Under the pieces are notes generated by a model. It made no database searches and was not told the DNA's origin. It saw only the letters and a program-made list of their open reading frames with translations. Positions 52,111-64,000 of a stretch of 64,000 nucleotides of DNA are shown in pieces. Each line of letters begins with the position of its first letter. The stretch's first letter is position 1. Origin of the DNA: Auanema rhodensis (lineage: Eukaryota > Animalia > Nematoda); the NCBI GenBank assembly GCA_964057225.1, contig OZ059898.1, positions 19,592,001 through 19,656,000 of the forward strand, read 5' to 3'. The position numbers and the translations under genes were made by a program.

Positions 52111-55100
52111 AGTGCATTCGATGCGGATTTTTAAGCTGCGTCGATCTGTGTTATCAGATTTGCGCTAGCTTAAAAATGCACCGAGATATCAACTGATATA
52201 TGTTCACACTTATTTCCTCGATTTTCACCCTGAAGAATTAATTTTTTCGTTGAATAACATTGTCCATCGTCTTTGCCTTGAAAAAAGGAATCTAAAAACA
52301 TCTACTTTTTGCTAAATTATTTTGAAATTTTTTGATAAAATTTTTGTCAAAATGTTTTTGGAAGCAATGTTGAGTGTACATGGAAACTCAACATACACTA
52401 ATGCATCATTTTTCAAACGATCATAACTAATTTTTGTATAAAGCGTTTCTCAATGTAGTATAGTGCATTCGATGCGGATTTTTAAGCTGCGTCGATCTGT
52501 GTTATCAGATTTGCGCTAGCTTAAAAATGCACCGAGATATCAACTGATATAAGTTCACACTTATATCCTCGATTTTCACCCTGAAGAATTAATTTTTTTG
52601 TTGAATAACATTGTCCATCGTCTTTGCCTTGAAAAAAGGAATCTAAAAACATCTACTTTTTGCTAAATTATTTTGAAATTTTTTGATAAAATTTTTGTCA
52701 AAATGTTTTTGGAAGCAATGTTGAGTGTACATGGAAACTCAACATACACTAATGCATCATTTTTCAAACGATCATAACTAATTTTTGTATTAAGCGTTTC
52801 TCAATGTAGTATAGTGCATTCGATGCGGATTTTTAAGCTGCGTCGATCTGTGTTATCAGATTTGCGCTAGCTTACAAATGCACCGAGATATCAACTGATA
52901 TAAGTTTACACTTATATCCTCAATTTTCACCCTGAAGAATTAATTTTTTCGTTGAATAACATTGTCCATCGTCTTTGCCTTGAAAAAAGGAATCTAAAAA
53001 CATCTTCTTTTTGCTAAATTATTTTGAAATTTTTTGAAAAAATTTTTGTCAAAATGTTTTTGGAAGCAATGTTGAGTGTACATGGAAACTCAACATACAC
53101 TAATGCATCATTTTTCAAACGATCATAACTAATTTTTGTATAAAGCGTTTCTCAATGTAGTATAGTGCATTCGATGCGGATTTTTAAGCTGCGTCGATCT
53201 GTGTTATCAGATTTGCGCTAGCTTAAAAATGCACCGAGATATCAACTGATATATGTTCACACTTATTTCCTCGATTTTCACCCTGAAGAATTAATTTTTT
53301 CGTTGAATAACATTGTCCATCGTCTTTGCCTTGAAAAAAGGAATCTAAAAACATCTACTTTTTGCTAAATTATTTTGAAATTTTTTGAAAAAATTTTTGT
53401 CAAAATGTTTTTGGAAGCAATGTTGAGTGTACATGGAAACTCAACATACACTAATGCATCATTTTTCAAACGATCATAACTAATTTTTGTATAAAGCGTT
53501 TCTTAAAGTAGTATAGTGCATTCGATGCGGATTTTTAAGCTGCGTCGATCTGTGTTATCAGATTTGCGCTAGCTTAAAAATGCACCGAGATATCAACTGA
53601 TATAAGTTCACACTTATATCCTCGATTTTCACCCTGAAGAATTAATTTTTTTGTTGAATAACATTGTCCATCGTCTTTGCCTTGAAAAAAGGAATCTAAA
53701 AACATCTACTTTTTGCTAAATTATTTTGAAATTTTTTGATAAAATTTTTGTCAAAATGTTTTTGGAAGCAATGTTGAGTGTACATGGAAACTCAACATAC
53801 ACTAATGCATCATTTTTCAAACGATCATAACCAATTTTTGTATTAAGCGTTTCTCAATGTAGTATAGTGCATTCGATGCGGATTTTTAAGCTGCGTCGAT
53901 CTGTGTTATCAGATTTGCGCTAGCTTAAAAATGCACCGAGATATCAACTGATATATGTTCACACTTATTTCCTCGATTTTCACCCTGAAGAATTAATTTT
54001 TTCGTTGAATAACATTGTCCATCGTCTTTGCCTTGAAAAAAGGAATCTAAAAACATCTACTTTTTGCTAAATTATTTTGAAATTTTCTGAAAAAATTTTT
54101 GTCAAAATGTTTTTGGAAGCAATGTTGAGTGTACATGGAAACTCAACATACACTAATGCATCATTTTTCAAACGATCATAACTAATTTTTGTATAAAGCG
54201 TTTCTTAAAGTAGTATAGTGCATTCGATGCGGATTTTTAAGCTGCGTCGATCTGTGTTATCAGATTTGCGCTAGCTTAAAAATGCACCGAGATATCAACT
54301 GATATAAGTTCACACTTATATCCTCGATTTTCACCCTGAAGAATTAATTTTTTTGTTGAATAACATTGTCCATCGTCTTTGCCTTGAAAAAAGGAATCTA
54401 AAAACATCTACTTTTTGCTAAATTATTTTGAAATTTTTTGATAAAATTTTTGTCAAAATGTTTTTGGAAGCAATGTTGAGTGTACATGGAAACTCAACAT
54501 ACACTAATGCATCATTTTTCAAACGATCATAACCAATTTTTGTATTAAGCGTTTCTCAATGTAGTATAGTGCATTCGAAGCGGATTTTTAAGCTGCGTCG
54601 ATCTGTGTTATCAGATTTGCGCTAGCTTACAAATGCACCGAGATATCAACTGATATAAGTTTACACTTATATCCTCAATTTTCACCCTGAAGAATTAATT
54701 TTTTCGTTGAATAACATTGTCCATCGTCTTTGCCTTGAAAAAAGGAATCTAAAAACATCTTCTTTTTGCTAAATTATTTTGAAATTTTTTGAAAAAATTT
54801 TTGTCAAAATGTTTTTGGAAGCAATGTTGAGTGTACATGGAAACTCAACATACACTAATGCATCATTTTTCAAACGATCATAACTAATTTTTGTATAAAG
54901 CGTTTCTTAAAGTAGTATAGTGCATTCGATGCGGATTTTTAAGCTGCGTCGATCTGTGTTATCAGATTTGCGCTAGCTTAAAAATGCACCGAGATATCAA
55001 CTGATATAAGTTCACACTTATATCCTCGATTTTCACCCTGAAGAATTAATTTTTTTGTTGAATAACATTGTCCATCGTCTTTGCCTTGAAAAAAGGAATC

Positions 55101-55479
55101 TAAAAACATCTACTTTTTGCTAAATTATTTTGAAATTTTTTGATAAAATTTTTGTCAAAATGTTTTTGGAAGCAATGTTGAGTGTACATGGAAACTCAAC
55201 ATACACTAATGCATCATTTTTCAAACGATCATAACTAATTTTTGTATTAAGCGTTTCTCAATGTAGTATAGTGCATTCGATGCGGATTTTTAAGCTGCGT
55301 CGATCTGTGTTATCAGATTTGCGCTAGCTTACAAATGCACCGAGATATCAACTGATATAAGTTTACACTTATATCCTCAATTTTCACCCTGAAGAATTAT
55401 TTTTTTCGTTGAATAACATTGTCCATCGTCTTTGCCTTGAAAAAAGGAATCTAAAAACATCTTCTTTTTGCTAAATTAT

Positions 55480-58390
55480 TTTGAAATTTTTTGAAAAAAT
55501 TTTTGTCAAAATGTTTTTGGAAGCAATGTTGAGTGTACATGGAAACTCAACATACACTAATGCATCATTTTTCAAACGATCATAACTAATTTTTGTATAA
55601 AGCGTTTCTCAATGTAGTATAGTGCATTCGATGCGGATTTTTAAGCTGCGTCGATCTGTGTTATCAGATTTGCGCTAGCTTAAAAATGCACCGAGATATC
55701 AACTGATATATGTTCACACTTATTTCCTCGATTTTCACCCTGAAGAACTAATTTTTTCGTTGAAAAACATTGTCCATCGTGTTTGCCTTGAAAAAAGGAA
55801 TCTAAAAACATCTACTTTTTGCTAAATTATTTCGAAATTTTTCGAAAAAATTTTTGTCAAAATGTTTTTGGAAGCAATGTTGAGTGTACATGGAAACTCA
55901 ACATACACTAATGCATCATTTTTCAAACGATCATAACTAATTTTTGTATAAAGCGTTTCTTAAAGTAGTATAGTGCATTCGATGCGGATTTTTAAGCTGC
56001 GTCGATCTGTGTTATCAGATTTGCGCTAGCTTAAAAATGCACCGAGATATCAACTGATATAAGTTCACACTTATATCCTCGATTTTCACCCTGAAGAATT
56101 AATTTTTTTGTTGAATAACATTGTCCATCGTCTTTGCCTTGAAAAAAGGAATCTAAAAACATCTACTTTTTGCTAAATTATTTTGAAATTTTTTGATAAA
56201 ATTTTTGTCAAAATGTTTTTGGAAGCAATGTTGAGTGTACATGGAAACTCAACATACACTAATGCATCATTTTTCAAACGATCATAACTAATTTTTGTAT
56301 TAAGCGTTTCTCAATGTAGTATAGTGCATTCGATGCGGATTTTTAAGCTGCGTCGATCTGTGTTATCAGATTTGCGCTAGCTTACAAATGCACCGAGATA
56401 TCAACTGATATAAGTTTACACTTATATCTTCAATTTTCACCCTGAAGAATTAATTTTTTCGTTGAATAACATTGTCCATCGTCTTTGCCTTGAAAAAAGG
56501 AATCTAAAAACATCTTCTTTTTGCTAAATTATTTTGAAATTTTTTGAAAAAATTTTTGTCAAAATGTTTTTGGAAGCAATGTTGAGTGTACATGGAAACT
56601 CAACATACACTAATGCATCATTTTTCAAACGATCATAACTAATTTTTGTATAAAGCGTTTCTCAATGTAGTATAGTGCATTCGATGCGGATTTTTAAGCT
56701 GCGTCGATCTGTGTTATCAGATTTGCGCTAGCTTAAAAATGCACCGAGATATCAACTGATATATGTTCACACTTATTTCCTCGATTTTCACCCTGAAGAA
56801 TTAATTTTTTCGTTGAATAACATTGTCCATCGTCTTTGCCTTGAAAAAAGGAATCTAAAAACATCTACTTTTTGCTAAATTATTTTGAAATTTTTTGAAA
56901 AAATTTTTGTCAAAATGTTTTTGGAAGCAATGTTGAGTGTACATGGAAACTCAACATACACTAATGCATCATTTTTCAAACGATCATAACTAATTTTTGT
57001 ATAAAGCGTTTCTCAATGTAGTATAGTGCATTCGATGCGGATTTTTAAGCTGCGTCGATCTGTGTTATCAGATTTGCGCTAGCTTAAAAATGCACCGAGA
57101 TATCAACTGATATATGTTCACACTTATTTCCTCGATTTTCACCCTGAAGAACTAATTTTTTCGTTGAAAAACATTGTCCATCGTGTTTGCCTTGAAAAAA
57201 GGAATCTAAAAACATCTACTTTTTGCTAAATTATTTCGAAATTTTTCGAAAAAATTTTTGTCAAAATGTTTTTGGAAGCAATGTTGAGTGTACATGGAAA
57301 CTCAACATACACTAATGCATCATTTTTCAAACGATCATAACTAATTTTTGTATAAAGCGTTTCTTAAAGTAGTATAGTGCATTCGATGCGGATTTTTAAG
57401 CTGCGTCGATCTGTGTTATCAGATTTGCGCTAGCTTAAAAATGCACCGAGATATCAACTGATATAAGTTCACACTTATATCCTCGATTTTCACCCTGAAG
57501 AATTAATTTTTTTGTTGAATAACATTGTCCATCGTCTTTGCCTTGAAAAAAGGAATCTAAAAACATCTACTTTTTGCTAAATTATTTTGAAATTTTTTGA
57601 TAAAATTTTTGTCAAAATGTTTTTGGAAGCAATGTTGAGTGTACATGGAAACTCAACATACACTAATGCATCATTTTTCAAACGATCATAACTAATTTTT
57701 GTATTAAGCGTTTCTCAATGTAGTATAGTGCATTCGATGCGGATTTTTAAGCTGCGTCGATCTGTGTTATCAGATTTGCGCTAGCTTACAAATGCACCGA
57801 GATATCAACTGATATAAGTTTACACTTATATCTTCAATTTTCACCCTGAAGAATTAATTTTTTCGTTGAATAACATTGTCCATCGTCTTTGCCTTGAAAA
57901 AAGGAATCTAAAAACATCTTCTTTTTGCTAAATTATTTTGAAATTTTTTGAAAAAATTTTTGTCAAAATGTTTTTGGAAGCAATGTTGAGTGTACATGGA
58001 AACTCAACATACACTAATGCATCATTTTTCAAACGATCATAACTAATTTTTGTATAAAGCGTTTCTCAATGTAGTATAGTGCATTCGATGCGGATTTTTA
58101 AGCTGCGTCGATCTGTGTTATCAGATTTGCGCTAGCTTAAAAATGCACCGAGATATCAACTGATATATGTTCACACTTATTTCCTCGATTTTCACCCTGA
58201 AGAATTAATTTTTTCGTTGAATAACATTGTCCATCGTCTTTGCCTTGAAAAAAGGAATCTAAAAACATCTACTTTTTGCTAAATTATTTTGAAATTTTTT
58301 GAAAAAATTTTTGTCAAAATGTTTTTGGAAGCAATGTTGAGTGTACATGGAAACTCAACATACACTAATGCATCATTTTTCAAACGATCA
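55480..58390. repeat. Tandem 4-monomer duplication (1404 bp period)
   Basis: tatcttcaat T56429/T57833 and cttacaaatg C56385/C57789. Confidence 0.82.
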
Positions 58391-61300
58391 TAACTAATTT
58401 TTCTATTAAGCGTTTCTCAATGTAGTATAGTGCATTCGATGCCGATTTTTAAGCTGCGTCGATCTGTGTTATCAGATTTGCGCTAGCTTAAAAATGCACC
58501 GAGATATCAACTGATATAAGTTTACACTTATATCCTCGATTTTCACTCTGAAGAACTAATTTTTTCGTTGAAAAACATTGTCCATCGTGTTTGCCTTGAA
58601 AAAAGGAATCTAAAAACATCTACTTTTTGCTAAATTATTTCGAAATTTTCCGAAAAAATTTTTGTCAAAATGTTTTTGGAAGCAATGTTGAGTGTACATG
58701 GAAACTCAACATACACTAATGCATCATTTTTCAAACGATCATAACTAATTTTTCTATTAAGCGTTTCTCAATGTAGTATAGTGCATTCGATGCGGATTTT
58801 TAAGCTGCGTCGATCTGTGTTATCAGATTTGCGCTAGCTTAAAAATGCACCGAGATATCAACTGATATAAGTTTACACTTATATCCTCGATTTTCACCCT
58901 GAAGAACTAATTTTTTCGTTGAAAAACATTGTCCATCGTGTTTGCCTTGAAAAAAGAAATCTAAAAACATCTACTTTTTGCTAAATTATTTCGAAATTTT
59001 TCGAAAAAATTTTTGTCAAAATGTTTTTGGAAGCAATGTTGAGTGTACATGGAAACTCAACATACACTAATGCATCATTTTTCAAACGATCATAACTAAT
59101 TTTTGTATTAAGCGTTTCTCAATGTAGTATAGTGCATTCGATGCGGATTTTTAAGCTGCGTCGATCTGTGTTATCAGATTTGCGCTAGCTTAAAAATGCA
59201 CCGAGATATCAACTGATATAAGTTCACACTTATATCCTCGATTTTAACCCTGAAGAATTAATTTTTTTGTTGAATAACATTGTCCATCGTCTTTGCCTTG
59301 AAAAAAGGAATCTAAAAACATCTACTTTTTGCTAAATTATTTTGAAATTTTTTGATAAAATTTTTGTCAAAATGTTTTTGGAAGCAATGTTGAGTGTACA
59401 TGGAAACTCAACATACACTAATGCATCATTTTTCAAACGATCATAACTAATTTTTGTATTAAGCGTTTCTCAATGTAGTATAATGCATTCGATGCGGATT
59501 TTTAAGCTGCGTCGATCTGTGTTATCAGATTTGCGCTAGCTTACAAATGCACCGAGATATCAACTGATATAAGTTTACACTTATATCCTCAATTTTCACC
59601 CTGAAGAATTAATTTTTTCGTTGAATAACATTGTCCATCGTCTTTGCCTTGAAAAAAGGAATCTAAAAACATCTTCTTTTTGCTAAATTATTTTGAAATT
59701 TTTTGAAAAAATTTTTGTCAAAATGTTTTTGGAAGCAATGTTGAGTGTACATGGAAACTCAACATACACTAATGCATCATTTTTCAAACGATCATAACTA
59801 ATTTTTGTATAAAGCGTTTCTCAATGTAGTATAGTGCATTCGATGCGGATTTTTAAGCTGCGTCGATCTGTGTTATCAGATTTGCGCTAGCTTAAAAATG
59901 CACCGAGATATCAACTGATATATGTTCACACTTATTTCCTCGATTTTCACCCTGAAGAATTAATTTTTTCGTTGAATAACATTGTCCATCGTGTTTGCCT
60001 TGAAAAAGGAATTTAAAAACATCTACTTTTTGCTAAATTATTTTGAAATTTTTTAAAAAACTTTTTGTCAAAATGTTTTTGGAAGCAATGTTTAGTGTAC
60101 ATGGAAACTCAACATACACTAATGCATCATTTTTCAAACGATCATAACTAATTTTTCTATTAAGCGTTTCTCAATGTAGTATAGTGCATTCGATGCGGAT
60201 TTTTAAGCTGCGTCGATCTGTGTTATCAGATTTGCGCTAGCTTAAAAATGCACCGAGATATCAACTGATATATGTTCACACTTATTTCCTCGATTTTCAC
60301 CCTGAAGAATTAATTTTTTCGTTGAATAACATTGTCCATCGTGTTTGCCTTGAAAAAAGGAATTTAAAAACATCTACTTTTTGCTAAATTATTTTGAAAT
60401 TTTTTGAAAAACTTTTTGTCAAAATGTTTTTGGAAGCAATGTTTAGTGTACATGGAAACTCAACATACACTAATGCATCATTTTTCAAACGATCATAACT
60501 AATTTTTCTATTAAGCGTTTCTCAATGTAGTATAGTGCATTCGATGCGGATTTTTAAGCTGCGTCGATCTGTGTTATCAGATTTGCGCTAGCTTAAAAAT
60601 GCACCGAGATATCAACTGATATAAGTTTACACTTATATCCTCGATTTTCACCCTGAAGAACTAATTTTTTCGTTGAAAAACATTGTCCATCGTGTTTGCC
60701 TTGAAAAAAGAAATCTAAAAACATCTACTTTTTGCTAAATTATTTCGAAATTTTTCGAAAAAATTTTTGTCAAAATGTTTTTGGAAGCAATGTTGAGTGT
60801 ACATGGAAACTCAACATACACTAATGCATCATTTTTCAAACGATCATAACTAATTTTTGTATTAAGCGTTGCTCAATGTAGTATAGTGCATTCGATGCGG
60901 ATTTTTAAGCTGCGTCGATCTGTGTTATCAGATTTGCGCTAGCTTACAAATGCACCGAGATATCAACTGATATAAGTTTACACTTATATCCTCAATTTTC
61001 ACCCTGAAGAATTAATTTTTTCGTTGAATAACATTGTCCATCGTCTTTGCCTTGAAAAAAGGAATCTAAAAACATCTTCTTTTTGCTAAATTATTTTGAA
61101 ATTTTTTGAAAAAATTTTTGTCAAAATGTTTTTGGAAGCAATGTTGAGTGTACATGGAAACTCAACATACACTAATGCATCATTTTTCAAACGATCATAA
61201 CTAATTTTTGTATTAAGCGTTTCTCAATGTAGTATAGTGCATTCGATGCGGATTTTTAAGCTGCGTCGATCTGTGTTATCAGATTTGCGCTAGCTTAAAA

Positions 61301-64000
61301 ATGCACCGAGATATCAACTGATATATGTTCACACTTATTTCCTCGATTTTCACCCTGAAGAATTAATTTTTTCGTTGAATAACATTGTCCATCGTGTTTG
61401 CCTTGAAAAAAGGAATCTAAAAACATCTTCTTTTTGCTAAATTATTTTGAAATTTTTTGAAAAAATTTTTGTCAAAATGTTTTTGGAAGCAATGTTGAGT
61501 GTACATGGAAACTCAACATACACTAATGCATCATTTTTCAAACGATCATAACTAATTTTTGTATTAAGCGTTTCTCAATGTAGTATAGTGCATTCGATGC
61601 GGATTTTTAAGCTGCGTCGATCTGTGTTATCAGATTTGCGCTAGCTTAAAAATGCACCGAGATATCAACTGATATAAGTTTACACTTATATCCTCGATTT
61701 TCACCCTGAAGAACTAATTTTTTCGTTGAAAAACATTGTCCATCGTGTTTGCCTTGAAAAAAGAAATCTAAAAACATCTACTTTTTGCTAAATTATTTTG
61801 AAATTTTTTGAAAAACTTTTTGTCAAAATGTTTTTGGGAGCAATGTTGAGTGTACATGGAAACTCAACATACACTAATGCATCATTTTTCAAACGATCAT
61901 AACTAATTTTTCTATTAAGCGTTTCTCAATGTAGTATAGTGCATTCGATGCGGATTTTTAAGCTGCGTCGATCTGTGTTATCAGATTTGCGCTAGCTTAA
62001 AAATGCACCGAGATATCAACTGATATAAGTTCACACTTATAGCCTCGATTTTCACCCTGAAGAATTAATTTTTTTGTTGAATAACATTGTCCATCGTCTT
62101 TGCCTTGAAAAAAGGAATCTAAAAACATCTACTTTTTGCTAAATTATTTTGAAATTTTTTGAAAAAATTTTTGTCAAAATGTTTTTGGAAGCAATGTTGA
62201 GTGTACATGGAAACTCAACATACACTAATGCATCATTTTTCAAACGATCATAACTAATTTTTGTATTAAGCGTTTCTCAAAGTAGTATAGTGCATTCGAT
62301 GCGGATTTTTAAGCTGCGTCGATCTGTGTTATCCGATTTGCGCTAGCTTAAAAATGCACCGAGATATCAACTGATATAAGTTTACACTTATATCCTCGAT
62401 TTTCACCCTGAAGAACTAATTTTTTCGTTGAAAAACATTGTCCATCGTGTTTGCCTTGAAAAAAGGAATCAAAAAACATCTACTTTTTGCTAAATCATTC
62501 TGAAAGTTTTCGAAAAAATTTTTGTCAAAATGTTTTGGAAGCAATGTTGAGTGTACATGGAAACTCAACATACACTAATGCATCATTTTTCAAACGATCA
62601 TAACTAATTTTTGTATTAAGCGTTTCTCAATGTAGTATAGTGCATTCGATGCGGATTTTTAAGCTGCGTCGATCTGTGTTATCAGATTTGCGCTAGCTTA
62701 AAAATGCACCGAGATATCAACTGATATAAGTTCACACTTATATCCTCGATTTTCACCCTGAAGAACTAATTTTTTCGTTGAAAAACATTGTCCATCGTGT
62801 TTGCCTTGAAAAAAGGAATCAAAAAACATCTACTTTTTGCTAAATCATTCTGAAATTTTTCGAAAAAATTTTTGTCAAAATGTTTTGGAAGCAATGTTGA
62901 GTGTACATGGAAACTCAACATACACTAATGCATCATTTTTCAAACGATCATAACTAATTTTTGTATTAAGCGTTTCTCAATGTAGTATAGTGCATTCGAT
63001 GCGGATTTTTAAGCTGCGTCGATCTGTGTTATCAGATTTGCGCTAGCTTAAAAATGCACCGAGATATCAACTGATATAAGTTTACACTTATATCCTCGAT
63101 TTTCACCCTGAAGAACTAATTTTTTCGTTGAAAAACATTGTCCATCGTGTTTGCCTTGAAAAAAGGAATCTAAAAACATCTACTTTTTGCTAAATTATTT
63201 CGAAATTTTTCGAAAAAATTTTTGTCAAAATGTTTTTGGAAGCAATGTTGAGTGTACATGGAAACTCAACATACACTAATGCATCATTTTTCAAACGATC
63301 ATAACTAATTTTTCTATTAAGCGTTTCTCAATGTAGTATAGTGCATTCGATGCGGATTTTTAAGCTGCGTCGATCTGTGTTATCAGATTTGCGCTAGCTT
63401 AAAAATGCACCGAGATATCAACTGATATAAGTTTACACTTATATCCTCGATTTTCACCCTGAAGAACTAATTTTTTCGTTGAAAAACATTGTCCATCGTG
63501 TTTGCCTTGAAAAAAGGAATCAAAAAACATCTACTTTTTGCTAAATCATTCTGAAATTTTTCGAAAAAATTTTTGTCAAAATGTTTTGGAAGCAATGTTG
63601 AGTGTACATGGAAACTCAACATACACTAATGCATCATTTTTCAAACGATCATAACTAATTTTTGTATTAAGCGTTTCTCAATGTAGTATAGTGCATTCGA
63701 TGCGGATTTTTAAGCTGCGTCGATCTGTGTTATCAGATTTGCGCTAGCTTAAAAATGCACCGAGATATCAACTGATATAAGTTTACACTTATATCCTCGA
63801 TTTTCACCCTGAAGAACTAATTTTTTCGTTGAAAAACATTGTCCATCGTGTTTGCCTTGAAAAAAGGAATCTAAAAACATCTACTTTTTGCTAAATTATT
63901 TCGAAATTTTTCGAAAAAATTTTTGTCAAAATGTTTTTGGAAGCAATGTTGAGTGTACATGGAAACTCAACATACACTAATGCATCATTTTTCAAACGAT

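Larger units (their letters stand above)
37124..62000. repeat. Satellite subfamily domain B
   Basis: Dominant alleles: ctcaatgtag, aattaattttttcgttgaata, cgtctttgccttgaaaaaagg, catcttc, gatatatgttcacacttatttc, tttttctatt, ttgataaaa. Monomers are almost all 351 bp after ~40.3 kb. The right edge is approximate. Confidence 0.85.
1..64000. repeat. Tandem satellite DNA array, ~351 bp AT-rich monomer, ~182.4 copies, extends beyond both window ends
   Basis: The motif cttgaaaaaaggaatctaaaaacatc recurs at 1, 351, 702, 1053, 1403, 1754 ... 63856 (63855/182 = 350.9 bp mean period). Monomers differ only at about 20 recurrent SNP or homopolymer sites plus rare singletons. No non-repeat sequence or strand inversion was seen. 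Confidence 0.99.

Noticed and set aside
1-64000. Long repeat-protein ORF running through monomers (351 is divisible by 3)
   Set aside because: All three + frames stop within the first 40 bp of each monomer (TGA at 3, TAA at 17, TAA at 37). CTA at 16, 26 and 36 places TAG stops in all three - frames.
1-64000. CRISPR array or integron-like cassette array (palindromic repeats)
   Set aside because: There are no unique spacers or cassettes. The sequence between hairpins is as conserved as the hairpins, and no cas or integrase gene is present.

Overview
The whole 64 kb window is one uninterrupted head-to-tail tandem array of an AT-rich monomer of about 351 bp (31% GC by hand count of monomer 1). 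It holds about 182 complete copies plus a 145 bp partial copy, all in the same orientation; length variants are 348, 350, 351 and 352 bp. It looks like eukaryotic heterochromatic, possibly (peri)centromeric, satellite DNA, but I cannot assign it to a named family or species. I found no genes, RNA genes, transposon insertions or CRISPR spacers. The information lies at two scales. Within the monomer there are three inverted repeats, a 10-bp-phased A/T-tract segment, a polymorphic block with degenerate hammerhead-like topology overlapping a half CENP-B-box-like motif, and a possible ancient internal duplication at offset 162. Across monomers, rare SNPs reveal nested block duplications of 2, 3, 4, 6, 8, 10, 13 and 19 monomers, and a sharp switch between two subfamilies near 37.1 kb whose junction maps to the loop region of hairpin 3. 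All coordinates were read by eye and block edges are approximate.
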